A DNA stretch of 64,000 nucleotides from a virus. Lineage: Duplodnaviria; Caudoviricetes. Below, piece by piece: positions 9,995-21,289 of the stretch (positions are counted from its first letter, which is position 1; every line of letters begins with the position of its first letter). The stretch lies in IMG/VR virus record IMGVR_UViG_3300035502_000313, positions 128,001 to 192,000 of that record. One strand, given 5' to 3'. Both the position numbers and the translations under genes were made by a program. A model generated the notes under the pieces. The model was not told where the DNA came from. It worked only from the letters and a program-made list of their open reading frames with translations, and ran no database searches.

Positions 9995-10276
9995 ATGAAT
10001 AACACAGAAGTATATCTTCAGGATAAATTTATAAGAACAAGACTTGCGAACATACGCAAGTCTAAGGGTCTTACACAAAAAGAATTATCAGATATATCTG
10101 GTCTTTCTATTGCTACAATAAGCAATATAGAATTTGGGGAGAATTCATATACACTTAGAAGTTTAATTAAGTGTGCAGAAGCTCTCGGATATGAAATTAA
10201 TATAGATAAAAAGGTCGGTGATATAAATGTCAATACCGAAGAAACAGATAAAGGAATTCCTTCTTCAAGCACTTGA
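9995..10276 (+). CDS. XRE-family HTH transcriptional regulator
   Basis: LANIRKSKGLTQKELSDISGLSIATISNIEFG...L..L...AEALG. Confidence 0.9.
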   Translation: MNNTEVYLQDKFIRTRLANIRKSKGLTQKELSDISGLSIATISNIEFGENSYTLRSLIKCAEALGYEINIDKKVGDINVNTEETDKGIPSSST

Positions 10277-11282
10277 TGGAATGAAACCAGTGTCCGGAGG
10301 AACAGAACTTGCTGGTCCTTGTCCTATATGTGGAGAAAGAAGAGCAAAGTTTTATATAGGTCCATTTGATGATTCAGATAGACCTATTAGATATAATTGT
10401 TTTGTATGTCCTGCTCAAGGATATGTAGACCAATATTTTCTTGATACTTGTAAGATATCAGCTAATCTAGACCCAGCTATTCTAAAAACTAATAAAGGTC
10501 CAGGTTATATGACTCAAGGACTGTCAAATGATATAAAGTATAATCTTAATTATCATATTGTAACAGAAAGTCCATTAACAGAGATGAAGTTACAATATAT
10601 CAATCAACGTTTAGGAACACAGTTAACTTACCAAGACTGTGCTGATAATAAGATTATTTTAAACATCTCGGACTTACTTGAAACTAATGGTATTTCATAT
10701 TATTCTAGACCACAAGAAGCAATGAAACAATTAGACACTTACTTTATAGGATTTCTATCACGTAGTTGTTCAGCTTTAAATATGAGAAATCTTGTATTTG
10801 GTAAGAAAGATGTATTAAATACTTTTCACGAATCTATGAGATCAAAGTATGTAAACTATAAGATATTTAAGAACGTTGTAGAAGATGATTTTTATGTATT
10901 ACCTTGTAGTGTTGATTTAAGTAAAAAAGTGAGAGTGTTTATAGCAGAAGGTCCTATGGATATTCTAGGAATAAAGTACAATCTAATCAAGAGTACAGAT
11001 AATTGTGTATATATTGCTGGTAGAGGTAAAGCATACGAAAATGCAATGTTATGGATAATAACAACTCTAGCTACTATAGATTTGGAGATTCATACATTCC
11101 CAGATAAGGATGTATCTAACTCGTATATAAGAAATATAATACTAGGTTTTAAATCAACATTTCCTATGTATAGATTCTTTATACACAATAATCAATATGC
11201 TAATGAAAAAGATTACGGTGTTCCAGAATGGCGTATCTCAGATTTCTACTGGGAAGAAAAAAATAATAGCAATTTGATATAA
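10227..11282 (+). CDS. DNA primase (Zn finger + TOPRIM)
   Basis: CPICG...YNCFVC zinc finger; IAEGPMD and PDKD TOPRIM motifs; KDYG. Confidence 0.8.
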   Translation: MSIPKKQIKEFLLQALDGMKPVSGGTELAGPCPICGERRAKFYIGPFDDSDRPIRYNCFVCPAQGYVDQYFLDTCKISANLDPAILKTNKGPGYMTQGLSNDIKYNLNYHIVTESPLTEMKLQYINQRLGTQLTYQDCADNKIILNISDLLETNGISYYSRPQEAMKQLDTYFIGFLSRSCSALNMRNLVFGKKDVLNTFHESMRSKYVNYKIFKNVVEDDFYVLPCSVDLSKKVRVFIAEGPMDILGIKYNLIKSTDNCVYIAGRGKAYENAMLWIITTLATIDLEIHTFPDKDVSNSYIRNIILGFKSTFPMYRFFIHNNQYANEKDYGVPEWRISDFYWEEKNNSNLI

Positions 11283-11317
11283 AAATAAAGCTGGATGTAG
11301 AGTCCAGCTTTATTTTT
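11281..11317. terminator. bidirectional intrinsic terminator
   Basis: AAAAATAAAGCTGGA-TGTAGAG-TCCAGCTTTATTTTT between convergent genes. Confidence 0.85.
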
Positions 11318-11319
11318 AA

Positions 11320-11559
11320 TTAGTCTTCTCCGTACAAATCTTGACGGAGAAGACTTGCTTCTCTAAGGAGAGTTTCAAATCCCTCCAGTTCTAACTCTGG
11401 AGTGATTACTGTCTTTTCTCCTTTGTAGGTGACGACTGGTCTGTCACCATCAAATTCAGTAATTACTGGTTCTCCTTGCATGACAAAGCGAAAGAATCCG
11501 TCTTCATCAATAAACTGGTTTTGGTTTTGTTTTTTCTTCCTTCTTCTTTTTTGTGACAT
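11320..11559 (-). CDS. hypothetical protein (early cassette), basic N-terminus
   Basis: Likely start MSQKRRRKKK after GAGGTG RBS; early promoter 11608-11624. Confidence 0.7.
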   Translation of the reverse strand: MSQKRRRKKKQNQNQFIDEDGFFRFVMQGEPVITEFDGDRPVVTYKGEKTVITPELELEGFETLLREASLLRQDLYGED

Positions 11560-11637
11560 ATGCACCTCAGATAGGACGTGGTCTTTATAGCAGTTTCTGC
11601 ATCCTATCACTATTATAATATATAATTATCATAGTTC

Positions 11638-11649
11638 AACATTTCAATA
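11638..11649 (+). promoter_or_regulatory. phage late promoter AACA-N6-TA (representative copy)
   Basis: Also at 12872, 16908, 24287, 34203, 50175, 52500 (+) and 1638, 5348, 16465, 31237, 50144 (-); AACT variants at 327(-), 23509, 36974, about 34014(-), about 45561(-); all just upstream of RBSs. Confidence 0.8.
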
Positions 11650-11676
11650 AAGTATTACAAAAAGGAGGGTTAAATA

Positions 11677-12873
11677 ATGGGTGGTAAATTTATTAATAAG
11701 TCATATTCTGGTACTATTAATGCTCTTACATCTGGTACAATTCAGAAAGTAAAAACAGCCAATTATGTGTTTAATAATAAATCTCCTGTTTTATGTAACT
11801 GGTATAATATTGATAAAGATGCTACCACAATTGATGAGGGTAGTGGACTTCATTACTCCGATGTAGGTAAAACAAGTCCAATTAGATATAAAGTGATTAA
11901 GGATGCTGTTTTCTATGCTCAAGGTATTCAGATTGAAATCAACCTTGAATATGATGAAGAAGGTTTATCAACAGCACCTCCTTCAATTAGCGGTATTATA
12001 TTACCTAATACTTGGATTCCTTATCAGGGAGATCATTTCTTCTTAAAACAATCTGGTAAGGAATATCTATATAGAGTAAATACTGTAGATTATGACACTA
12101 TAGAGAATGGTAATAACTTATATAAGTTTGATGCAGCTATTGATCAGACTGGTGAAACTTATATAGATAAACAAGTTACTGATAGTTATAGAATGATTAT
12201 CAATAATGTAGGAACTAGCTTTAATTCTATTGTAAAAGAATCTATATACGATTGTATTGATATACTTGATGGAATTCTTATACAATTAAAGAATAACTTT
12301 ATATCACTATTCTATAATGATGCTGTACAGACATTTACTTATAATGGTACTTATGGAAAACTTTATGATCCTTACATGATAGAGTTTATTTCTAGAAATG
12401 ATATTCTTAAAGGGTCAGATGAGTATATCTTTGTACATCATGAAGTTCCAGTTCCTAGAACATTCTCAATTGATTATAATAATACTATATATAGAGCATT
12501 AGAAACAAAGACATTAGATCATTTCTCTGTTAATGCTTGTATAGCAAATCCAATTGATAATCAATACTCTCTATTCTCTACAGTAATAGATCAATATTTC
12601 AGTATTGATTATAATAGTAATAATGGTATATATAGATTCAATCCTATAAGTGGCGAACTTATTGGAAGAACAAAAATGAATAATGAGTTTGATGCTTATT
12701 CAGAAGATGCTTATATGAATATCATTATTAAATATATGAATGACTCTAACATAGATTCTAATATCATTCCTTTACTAGAAGATATGGAATTTAAACCTAC
12801 TGTAGACATGTTTTATTGTATTCCTATGATAATATATGTTCTAGAAGCTAGTGTAAAAAAGTTGATGAGTTAA
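11677..12873 (+). CDS. putative virion structural protein
   Basis: 398 aa, late promoter, strong RBS. Confidence 0.5.
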   Translation: MGGKFINKSYSGTINALTSGTIQKVKTANYVFNNKSPVLCNWYNIDKDATTIDEGSGLHYSDVGKTSPIRYKVIKDAVFYAQGIQIEINLEYDEEGLSTAPPSISGIILPNTWIPYQGDHFFLKQSGKEYLYRVNTVDYDTIENGNNLYKFDAAIDQTGETYIDKQVTDSYRMIINNVGTSFNSIVKESIYDCIDILDGILIQLKNNFISLFYNDAVQTFTYNGTYGKLYDPYMIEFISRNDILKGSDEYIFVHHEVPVPRTFSIDYNNTIYRALETKTLDHFSVNACIANPIDNQYSLFSTVIDQYFSIDYNSNNGIYRFNPISGELIGRTKMNNEFDAYSEDAYMNIIIKYMNDSNIDSNIIPLLEDMEFKPTVDMFYCIPMIIYVLEASVKKLMS

Positions 12874-12928
12874 CATACCTATAAAGCTCAATAAATATAA
12901 TTTTGTATTATTTGAAAGGAGGATTACT

Positions 12929-13414
12929 ATGGATGATTCATTAAAGAATATTGTCACTCCAGATGATTTAATGGAAGAATTTGTTACAGATTCTATTGTA
13001 TCAGATGACGAATTATCTGATTCTATTTTTACTTGTGTAGATAATTATATTGATGATTTATGTATAAGTGTAATGGATGATGAGAATAGTATTCTAGATT
13101 CTGATAATGATGTAGATACTCCATTTACATATATCCTTGATAAAGTAATGGAAAAGGTAGATACAATCGAAAAAATTGAAACAGATGAGTATGCTAAAGT
13201 TATTGCTAAACAATTAGATTTGGATGACAATAAAGATGACGACAATTCTAGTGACCCTGACTATTGTGAAGGTGTTGATTTTGATGAGATAACTCCTGAA
13301 GATTTCCAATTATTTATTAATGGAAATGAAGTTGATAATGATACATATGAAGATGGATATACTTATAGAGCAAATGAACCTGGTTTATTTGACGATTCCA
13401 ACTTCAATGCTTAA
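12929..13414 (+). CDS. acidic hypothetical protein
   Basis: 161 aa D/E-rich, late promoter 12872. Confidence 0.7.
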   Translation: MDDSLKNIVTPDDLMEEFVTDSIVSDDELSDSIFTCVDNYIDDLCISVMDDENSILDSDNDVDTPFTYILDKVMEKVDTIEKIETDEYAKVIAKQLDLDDNKDDDNSSDPDYCEGVDFDEITPEDFQLFINGNEVDNDTYEDGYTYRANEPGLFDDSNFNA

Positions 13415-13432
13415 TTAAAGGAGGTATATACT

Positions 13433-13834
13433 ATGACACGTGATGTTTCAGTTGATGAAATTATTGAAGACGTTATGAATGCTAATAGAGATTTAATCGT
13501 TGAAGAAGCTGTTGATGAGTATTTGTTAGCAGAAAAAGATATTCTAATGGAAGCTACAACAGCCGCTGATAAAATGGTAGACCTTTCCATTGATGCTGAC
13601 TATGATGATGAATCTCAGTATCTTGAAGATGATGAAGAAGTTAATGCATTCATTGATGATTACATTACAGACGATATTGAAGACGAAGAAGATATCTTCC
13701 AAGACACTATTGATGAGTGTGATGAGGGAGAAGACTTTGTTGATGATATCGAAGATGTAACAGATTTTGAAGATTTAGAATCTTTTTTTGATGAAGATGA
13801 TCTTGATTCTTTGATGGATGAAGAAAGAGCTTAA
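13433..13834 (+). CDS. very acidic hypothetical protein (possible head-internal)
   Basis: 133 aa; IVEEA and ILMEA motifs. Confidence 0.65.
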   Translation: MTRDVSVDEIIEDVMNANRDLIVEEAVDEYLLAEKDILMEATTAADKMVDLSIDADYDDESQYLEDDEEVNAFIDDYITDDIEDEEDIFQDTIDECDEGEDFVDDIEDVTDFEDLESFFDEDDLDSLMDEERA

Positions 13835-13858
13835 TGTATTATAAAGGAGGATAAAATA

Positions 13859-14398
13859 ATGATAACACAAGTTACTAAGTATATGTGTACTGTAGAGACA
13901 AAGAACTATCCTGTCACTACTATTAGACCAACAATCAATAGATACTCTTCTATTAGAAAGAAGTTTAGTGCTTCTGAAATTGCAAACTGTCTTGCATGCT
14001 ATGCTATAGTTACACTTCATAAGACAAGTGGTGCTAAGATAAGATTAACTGCTGACAATTTCAAGAGTGTTCTTCTTGCATATAAGAATGAACAGCTCGA
14101 ACAGCAGGAAAGAAACGAAATGCTTGCTCAGGTTAGAAAGAATTCTGAAGCTCTTAAACAGATTAAGGAAGAAGAATCTACAACTGAGACAACTACAGAA
14201 ACTACTACAACAAAGAAAGCTCCAGCCAAGAAGGTTGAAGAAACTGTTGTTGAGACTGAAGAAGTTGTAGAAGAAAAGGAAGATGAAGTAATCGTTCCTT
14301 CTGAGACTGAGTCACTAGAGGAAGTTCAGTCTGATCCTGAGAATCCTGAAACTGCTGACTGGTCTTATATCGACGGTGAAGAAGACGAAGCTGAATAA
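13859..14398 (+). CDS. hypothetical protein with acidic tail
   Basis: 179 aa, AAAGGAGG RBS, terminator at 14418-14464. Confidence 0.7.
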   Translation: MITQVTKYMCTVETKNYPVTTIRPTINRYSSIRKKFSASEIANCLACYAIVTLHKTSGAKIRLTADNFKSVLLAYKNEQLEQQERNEMLAQVRKNSEALKQIKEEESTTETTTETTTTKKAPAKKVEETVVETEEVVEEKEDEVIVPSETESLEEVQSDPENPETADWSYIDGEEDEAE

Positions 14399-14510
14399 AA
14401 AATAAACTAATTATACAAAAAAGAACAGCCAGAGTATCACAAGATACTCTGGTCATTCTTTTTAATTCACCTCTTTTCTTATTATATAGATTAGATTATT
14501 GCCACAATAA

Positions 14511-14549
14511 TCAATCGTATAGACCGCCTCCAAATCCATCTCCGAACAT
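14511..14549 (-). CDS. putative 12-aa peptide MFGDGFGGGLYD in a structured early transcript
   Basis: AAAGGAGGTG 6 nt before ATG; early promoter at 14616-14632. Confidence 0.35.
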   Translation of the reverse strand: MFGDGFGGGLYD

Positions 14550-14635
14550 ACTTAACACCTCCTTTCATTTTAGTATGTTCGATAATAGGCGGAAAGTAAT
14601 ATCTCCTCATATTACCACTATTATTATATATAACT

Positions 14636-16435
14636 CTAGAACTCTGGATTTACAAATTTAATAGAATCATCAGGTTGAATAGTTAATTCATATAGACATA
14701 GTATATTTTCTTTTGTTACTGTTCTACTAGAGTATCCATTCATACCCAATACTTGAATCTTTGCATCTGCTTGTTTTTCACATTCTTTATTAGCTTCTAT
14801 CGTATACACTGGTTTAACTATAGCAGTATCGCCATCATAGTCCATTCCCATAGCATCAATAAGTCCATTACAAATAGAAAGGGTATCTTCAAATACAGGA
14901 GATGTATTAGAGTTTATGTCTTCATTATTTATAACAGGATACCATTTATAAAATTTATTATTATCTTCAAAATAAGACTGAATTACCATAGGTTGGGTTT
15001 TTACAGTAGATTTTATTCTTACTTTAGATGGATACTGGTTTAAATAAGAGTCAATAGGAAAACGTGTAATAAGAACCATCTTGTCTTCTGTAACATCACA
15101 AGCTGCCATATAGAATAAATCACACCAAGTTAACACTCTCGTTATTTTATGTTCCTGGGAAAATTCTTTCTTTGTTTCATCAAACTCTTTAGAATTGTTT
15201 AATTTATAACCAGAAAAAAACATACCAAAATTTAATTTCTTTAAATCTACAGGCTTTCCAGTCGATGTCTTTAATTCTTTATTTTTAACTTGTCTAGCAA
15301 ATTCTTCTTTATCTACAGGAAGATCAATAGGAATAAATCTATTAGAATAACCGTGTATAAAACGTTCAATTTGTTTATCAAGTTCTACGTCAGAGAAAGC
15401 AATCTGATAATCTACAAGAGGAACCATTACTGTTTCTTTATCATTGATTTTTATAGGATATTCTAATCTACCGGCAAATCTATTTTCAAAGAAACGTCTT
15501 AACCAAAACATTATAAATGGTTTAAAACAACATAATGCAGCAGCTAATGGTAATGCAGCGTGATTCATATCAATCATTAAGTCATCAATATTCTCACCAG
15601 ATACATCTGGAGCAGACATTACAAGACGTGCAGAATAGTCTATAGTTTTATACATAAGACCGCGTTTAATAAGCCCCATTTTACCAGGCAAGTTTGCTGG
15701 AGTTTCTTGACCATTGATAGTGGTTCCATTACCAAACCAGTCAAATATCTGTACAAGAATATTCTGTACTCTAGCTTTTGTAACATCAGATAATGTAAGA
15801 CCAAATCCAGCAGTTTCTTTAAGTGATTTTGTAGCCATTAATAAACTACTATAAAGTTTATTAATCTCACCAACACCGATACCAGCATCTCTAGTATCAA
15901 CGTCTCTATAATATGCTGGGATAACTATATACTTAGTAATCCACATTTCATTTCTATACTTTTCAATAAATTCAACTCTTTTATTTCTAGAAGATGAGTC
16001 GTTCTTCTTAAACTTGATTTTATTGAAATTCTTTTTGAGCCAGTCTATTCCAGTATTACCATCATCAGAAACAATTAATTCACCGTTATCATTAATAATA
16101 AAGTATTCAGTACCATTTACAATACTTTCAATCTTCTTATTTAATTTACATAATGTCTTATACACAAGAGGATGAATAAAAGTTCCTCCTAAATCTATAT
16201 AAGCATAAATACCAGAACGTTCAGCTTTAGTAATACCAAAGATTTCATTTGATAATAATCCATCTTCTGTAGGAGTAGGACCATTGAAGAAAACAGGATT
16301 AGATACTTCTTTAAGCATATTTACTCTAATAAACTTATCTATATCTAATAGAGAAGTCTTTAAATGTTGAGTAGCTGCTTCAGAGAAAAAGTCAGTATCA
16401 TTCTTAGCTATGTTAACAGCCTCATTAATAAGCAT
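14636..16435 (-). CDS. multisubunit RNA polymerase beta' N-terminal subunit with catalytic motif (probably virion RNAP)
   Basis: EDGLLSNEIFG, YIDLG..FIHP, VIPAYYRD, GKMGLIK...KTIDYSARLV, TRFP, DYDGD; late promoter; N-terminal xxE motifs. Confidence 0.9.
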   Translation of the reverse strand: MLINEAVNIAKNDTDFFSEAATQHLKTSLLDIDKFIRVNMLKEVSNPVFFNGPTPTEDGLLSNEIFGITKAERSGIYAYIDLGGTFIHPLVYKTLCKLNKKIESIVNGTEYFIINDNGELIVSDDGNTGIDWLKKNFNKIKFKKNDSSSRNKRVEFIEKYRNEMWITKYIVIPAYYRDVDTRDAGIGVGEINKLYSSLLMATKSLKETAGFGLTLSDVTKARVQNILVQIFDWFGNGTTINGQETPANLPGKMGLIKRGLMYKTIDYSARLVMSAPDVSGENIDDLMIDMNHAALPLAAALCCFKPFIMFWLRRFFENRFAGRLEYPIKINDKETVMVPLVDYQIAFSDVELDKQIERFIHGYSNRFIPIDLPVDKEEFARQVKNKELKTSTGKPVDLKKLNFGMFFSGYKLNNSKEFDETKKEFSQEHKITRVLTWCDLFYMAACDVTEDKMVLITRFPIDSYLNQYPSKVRIKSTVKTQPMVIQSYFEDNNKFYKWYPVINNEDINSNTSPVFEDTLSICNGLIDAMGMDYDGDTAIVKPVYTIEANKECEKQADAKIQVLGMNGYSSRTVTKENILCLYELTIQPDDSIKFVNPEF

Positions 16436-16533
16436 ATAATAAATACCTCCTTATTAAAATTTATTATTAAATTGTTGAAGATACAAAAAAGAACAGCCTA
16501 TCTCACGACAGTCTGTTCCTTTTCGATTATAGA

Positions 16534-16809
16534 TTAGCTGCAATAGTTGCAGTCATAATCCTCCTCTTCATCATAGTTATCAGTAAGTAGTTCAAGGCTA
16601 CTGTAATACTCGTCATCAGCATTGCCTGTAACCTTGTCTATTTCCCTTTGAACTCTGTATTCATATTCGTCCCGTGCTGCTTCAGCCTCTTCACGGGTAG
16701 AATAAGAGCCGACGAAGATTGTATAATCTTCACCTTCAGTGAATTCGGTTGCTTCCGGTAGTACGATAGCATAGCCATCGCCCGTTACGTCATAAACGTT
16801 GAACATCAT
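16534..16809 (-). CDS. hypothetical protein (early cassette)
   Basis: 91 aa; VGSYSTREEAEAARD motif; leader shared with the 2552 gene. Confidence 0.7.
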   Translation of the reverse strand: MMFNVYDVTGDGYAIVLPEATEFTEGEDYTIFVGSYSTREEAEAARDEYEYRVQREIDKVTGNADDEYYSSLELLTDNYDEEEDYDCNYCS

Positions 16810-16999
16810 CTTTTTGTTCCTCCTGCCTTTTTGGCAAACTAAATTTTTAATTAACAGTCTCTGTTAATCACTAATATAATATATAACCCATAAATATTTT
16901 AAAATTCAACATATCAATAAAGCTCATATAAGGAAAGTACTTACGATGAAATTTAATAAATGATTTATATTAAAATCTCAAAAGGAGGTAATCATATCT

Positions 17000-17554
17000 A
17001 TGAAAAAGCCTATTTTTTATTATACTGAAGGTCATCCTCATTGTGATGATTATCGTATAGGACCACCGCCATGTTCTTCAGCTAGTACATGTCATCCTTG
17101 TACTCCTCCTGCTAAACCACAGCCATATTATCATGGTAAAGTAAGTGTAACAGGACGTACAGTACTTACGGTTAAATATCTAGATAGACATAATTACTAT
17201 CAGACATTTGATATCAGAGACGGTGAGACATATGAAATTACAGCAGTATCCTCTACAAGAGGTATCTGTAAATTTGCTGGTAGAATTGTTGATTTTGAGT
17301 GTAATAAAGGTATTGAAAAGCTTTTAGATAAGCCACATGAAATTACAATTTCTGCTCTTATTGTAGATTATTCTGATGCTTATGAAAGTAAGTTAATTAG
17401 AATGTATACAAACAATATTGTATCGATCAAACCTATTAAATGCTTTGACGGTGAGATGAACTATCCTACTGAATGTGACTGCGATTATAGCAGTCCTGAT
17501 TATGGTCATGAATGTCATCATGATGAAGAACCTATTTATGACCCATTCGAATAA
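17000..17554 (+). CDS. hypothetical protein with Cys/His/Pro-rich termini
   Basis: 184 aa, late promoter 16908. Confidence 0.7.
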   Translation: MKKPIFYYTEGHPHCDDYRIGPPPCSSASTCHPCTPPAKPQPYYHGKVSVTGRTVLTVKYLDRHNYYQTFDIRDGETYEITAVSSTRGICKFAGRIVDFECNKGIEKLLDKPHEITISALIVDYSDAYESKLIRMYTNNIVSIKPIKCFDGEMNYPTECDCDYSSPDYGHECHHDEEPIYDPFE

Positions 17555-17618
17555 TGTTTAATTATGCGTGGTGAAAGATAACTCTTTCACCATGCACTTA
17601 TTGAAAGGAGTTGCGTAT

Positions 17619-17852
17619 ATGAAAATTTTTGATAATCTTGATATGCGTAGTAATCAGATTACTAACGGTAAATTTGAGTCTGTAAGCATATTACCAACTT
17701 CTAATTTATTTAACGGAAGAATAGTATATAATGAAACCGACAATAAGTGCTATTATTATGATGGTACTAAAGGTAAGTGGGTTTATTGTGCTACTTCTGA
17801 GGATTTAGGAGATATATCTTCTGTTCTTGCATCTGTTGTGGAGGTGAGCTGA
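17619..17852 (+). CDS. small tail-fibre-associated protein
   Basis: Start after AAAGGAG; LP...[19 protein letters not shown] fibre motif; paralogous to the 21738 ORF N-terminus. Confidence 0.55.
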   Translation: MKIFDNLDMRSNQITNGKFESVSILPTSNLFNGRIVYNETDNKCYYYDGTKGKWVYCATSEDLGDISSVLASVVEVS

Positions 17853-17853
17853 T

Positions 17854-20439
17854 ATGCCTACTATTGAAGAACAACTCAAGGAATTAGTAAAACAGAAAAA
17901 TGCTTTGGTTGATAATTTAAATAATAAAGGTGTATCTGCTACTACAGACGAAAAGTTAAATACACTTGTTCCTAAAGTATTAGATATTACTACTGGTGGC
18001 GGAACAGATACTTCTGATGCTACTATAACATCAAGTGATGTATTATATAATAAGATAGCATATGGTGCTGATGGTAAAGTAATTGGTACTATCCCTATTC
18101 AAACGTCCAAAAACTATACACCTTCTAAGAGTGAACAAACGATTCCTGCTGGTTATTATTCAGAAGACCAGAAGATATACGGTGATGCTGATTTAATTTC
18201 AAGCAATATTAAATCAGGAATTGTTATATATGGAGTTAGTGGTTCATTCACATCTGATGGTACGGCTCAAAGTAGTGATATTTTATCTGGTAAGAAAGCA
18301 TATGTAAATGGTCAAGCTGTTACTGGTAATATTCCTTCTAAAGATGCTGAATCATATAGACCTACTACTAAAGACCAAACTATTTCTGCTGGTCAATATC
18401 TATCTGGTGACCAAACTATCAAAGGCGATGCTAATTTACTTTCAGAGAATATCAAAGCAGGCGTTTCTATATTTAATGTACCTGGTAAATATAGCGGTGC
18501 TAATATGTCTGATACAACTGCAACAACATATGATATCGTAAAAGGTAAAACAGCATATACAGCAGATGGTCTTATTACTGGTGTAATAGAACCTGTTGAT
18601 GATAGTGATTTAAATATAAGTCCTAGTATAGAAAAGAAGATTATATCAGGACCTAAAATAATTGAAGCTGATAAGCAATTGGTAGTTGATTCTGTGTCTG
18701 TAGATTCAGGTGATATTGCTTATGGAAAAACTGTATTTGGAGTATCTGGTGATTTCTCTTATACAAATACACCTGCTACTCCAGAAGAAGTTAAATTAAA
18801 TAAAACGTTCTTTGTAAATGGTGAAGAAAAAGTTGGTACTATGAAGACAATATCTGGTACTAAGATAATTCCAACTACTACAGCATTTACATCTGAATAT
18901 AATGCTTATATAGATAATCCTTATACTATACCTGCAGAGCCTAATCTAATACCAAGTAATATTAGAACTGGTGTTACTATTTATAATGTATCTGGTACTT
19001 ATTCAGAACCATCTGTTTCAGGTACTGGTGCAGAAGCTAATGAAATTGCTAAAGGTAAAACTGCATTTGTAAATGGTGAAGAGGTTGTTGGTACTGCTGA
19101 ATATGTAAATACAATTACATATGAAGCAAAAGAATATGATCAATCTATATCTGGTCCAAAATATATTCCAGATGGTGCTACTGTAACATTCCAAAAAGTT
19201 AATATAAATCCAGATACAATAGTATATGGTTATACAGTATATGGAGAAGCTGGTACATTCTCTTATACAGAAAATGTACCTTCTGCTGATCATGTTACTA
19301 GTGGTAAAGAATACTTTGCTAATGGTAAAAAGTATACTGGTACTATGAAGGAAACTGATGGTTATGAAATTACTCCTACTACAACAGATCAAACAACCGA
19401 TTCAAAAGTTTATCTAAATACACCATATACTATTAAAGGTGATAGAAACTTGGTTCCAGATTACATCTTAAAAGGAAAGACAATATTTGGAGTTGAAGGT
19501 GTATATGAAGCTTTAGATACATCTGATGCAACTGCTGATGCAAGTACTATTTTAAAAGGCTATACTGCGTATGTTAAGGGAGAGAAAGTTACAGGAACAA
19601 ATGAAAATCCTGATACATCTGATGCAACTGCTAATGCTGGTAATATATTAAAAGGATATACAGCATATGTAAATGGTGAGAAAATTACAGGTACTTTTGA
19701 AACAACTACTGAAACATTTGATCCTAAAAATCCTTATATGCCTAGTGATAAAGAAGTAACAATTGCTTGTGCCAATAAACAAGTAACTGCAAATATTGTT
19801 ATTGGAACTGATGCAAATCTTATTCCAGAAAATATTAAAAAAGATGTTACTATATTTGGTGTAACTGGAACTATGGAAGGTGAATCTGGATATGAAGAAC
19901 AGATTGTTTTCGAATGTCCTTTAGCTGAAACTGTAGACAATATTCTAAGTGAATATTTAAATATAGTTGTAGCAAAGAATAATGGAACATACTCTAACTT
20001 AGCAGCTTATGAATATGGTTTTGTATCTGCAGTATCATCTAGTAACAATAGTTATTTGAGTGGTATTTCATTCCTTCCATATGGAAATAGTGATTTTGGT
20101 TTTTATTTTAATACTTCTATAAAAACACATGAAGAAATGTTATTATCTATATCATATTACGAATCTACTTGGGTGAATAATACAATTACACTTCATTTAA
20201 TAGAATGTGATTCTATTAGTGAAATTCAAGATAAAATAAGTTCAAGTTCTTACGCATATTCCTTAGATTTAAAATTGGTTAACACTATGAACTCAACTGT
20301 AGCTAATGGTAGAACTAAAGTATTATTTTCACTTTCCAACTTGCCTGTGGGAACTTACTATTTATATATTGAAGGTACAAATGTTTCTGGTAACGATGCT
20401 GTACTAAATAGATTATCTATTATAGATGTAGAAGTATAA
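17854..20439 (+). CDS. tail fibre protein with internal repeats
   Basis: Repeated DTSDATA..ILKG(Y/K)[10 protein letters not shown] and NL.PENIK.GVTIFGV.G modules; distinct C-terminal domain. Confidence 0.75.
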   Translation: MPTIEEQLKELVKQKNALVDNLNNKGVSATTDEKLNTLVPKVLDITTGGGTDTSDATITSSDVLYNKIAYGADGKVIGTIPIQTSKNYTPSKSEQTIPAGYYSEDQKIYGDADLISSNIKSGIVIYGVSGSFTSDGTAQSSDILSGKKAYVNGQAVTGNIPSKDAESYRPTTKDQTISAGQYLSGDQTIKGDANLLSENIKAGVSIFNVPGKYSGANMSDTTATTYDIVKGKTAYTADGLITGVIEPVDDSDLNISPSIEKKIISGPKIIEADKQLVVDSVSVDSGDIAYGKTVFGVSGDFSYTNTPATPEEVKLNKTFFVNGEEKVGTMKTISGTKIIPTTTAFTSEYNAYIDNPYTIPAEPNLIPSNIRTGVTIYNVSGTYSEPSVSGTGAEANEIAKGKTAFVNGEEVVGTAEYVNTITYEAKEYDQSISGPKYIPDGATVTFQKVNINPDTIVYGYTVYGEAGTFSYTENVPSADHVTSGKEYFANGKKYTGTMKETDGYEITPTTTDQTTDSKVYLNTPYTIKGDRNLVPDYILKGKTIFGVEGVYEALDTSDATADASTILKGYTAYVKGEKVTGTNENPDTSDATANAGNILKGYTAYVNGEKITGTFETTTETFDPKNPYMPSDKEVTIACANKQVTANIVIGTDANLIPENIKKDVTIFGVTGTMEGESGYEEQIVFECPLAETVDNILSEYLNIVVAKNNGTYSNLAAYEYGFVSAVSSSNNSYLSGISFLPYGNSDFGFYFNTSIKTHEEMLLSISYYESTWVNNTITLHLIECDSISEIQDKISSSSYAYSLDLKLVNTMNSTVANGRTKVLFSLSNLPVGTYYLYIEGTNVSGNDAVLNRLSIIDVEV

Positions 20440-20458
20440 AGAAAGGAGGAAATAATAA

Positions 20459-21289
20459 ATGACTCTTATTTATGATAGTAATATCCCCTCTATTTCATGG
20501 GAAAATATAAAAGGTTCTATATATAAAATATACTTCAGGGAAGATATAACTCCTGTAAATGATACTAAAATATCATGTAATGAATATACAGTTGTTATGG
20601 AAATTGAAGAAAATGATGTAGATGAATATATTGAGAATAACAAAGAAAGTCTTCTTGAATTTGCGAAAGAACAAGATAAGATTAAAATAAATGAAAACAA
20701 AATCAATACAATGAAATCTTCTTTAACTAACTCGGATTATAAGGTGCTTAAAAATTTAGAGAATTTTATAATTGGTATTCCTTTTGAAAGTGACTTATCT
20801 ACAATATGTGCTAATAGACAATTAATGAGAGACTCAATCAATAATATCGAAAGTGATATTACTGCTGATGAAGATTTATTAGATCAAGCTAAAGAAAGAA
20901 AGATTAATGAGGTTAGTCTTATATCTCAATCTACAATTATAAATGGTGTAGACTTTAATGGAAAACATTATAAACTCAATACTACAGATCAGATTAATAT
21001 ATCTGCTTTGAACATGATGGCACAAATGGGAAATAAAGTTCCATACCATGCTGATAATGAAGTTTGTAGAGTATTTGAACCAGAGGAAATGATTCAACTT
21101 GCATCAGTAAGTACTCAATGGGTTGTGTATCATACTACATATTTCAACTTACTTAAACATCAAATTCTAGAATATACTACATTAGAAGAAGTAAATGCTG
21201 TATATTATGGAATAGAACTTAAAGAAGAATATCAGCAAGTAATCAATGCCATTACAAATATAGGTGGTGATACAAGTGAGGAAGAATAA
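20459..21289 (+). CDS. DUF4376-like tail fibre assembly protein
   Basis: HYKLNTTDQINI...VPYHADNEVCRVF...YHTTYFNLLK...VNAVYYG pattern, directly after the fibre gene. Confidence 0.7.
   Translation: MTLIYDSNIPSISWENIKGSIYKIYFREDITPVNDTKISCNEYTVVMEIEENDVDEYIENNKESLLEFAKEQDKIKINENKINTMKSSLTNSDYKVLKNLENFIIGIPFESDLSTICANRQLMRDSINNIESDITADEDLLDQAKERKINEVSLISQSTIINGVDFNGKHYKLNTTDQINISALNMMAQMGNKVPYHADNEVCRVFEPEEMIQLASVSTQWVVYHTTYFNLLKHQILEYTTLEEVNAVYYGIELKEEYQQVINAITNIGGDTSEEE

Noticed and set aside
14205-14456. Antisense ORF with GAGGTG upstream
   Set aside because: Start lies inside the terminator stem, SD spacing is long, and it is antisense to a real gene
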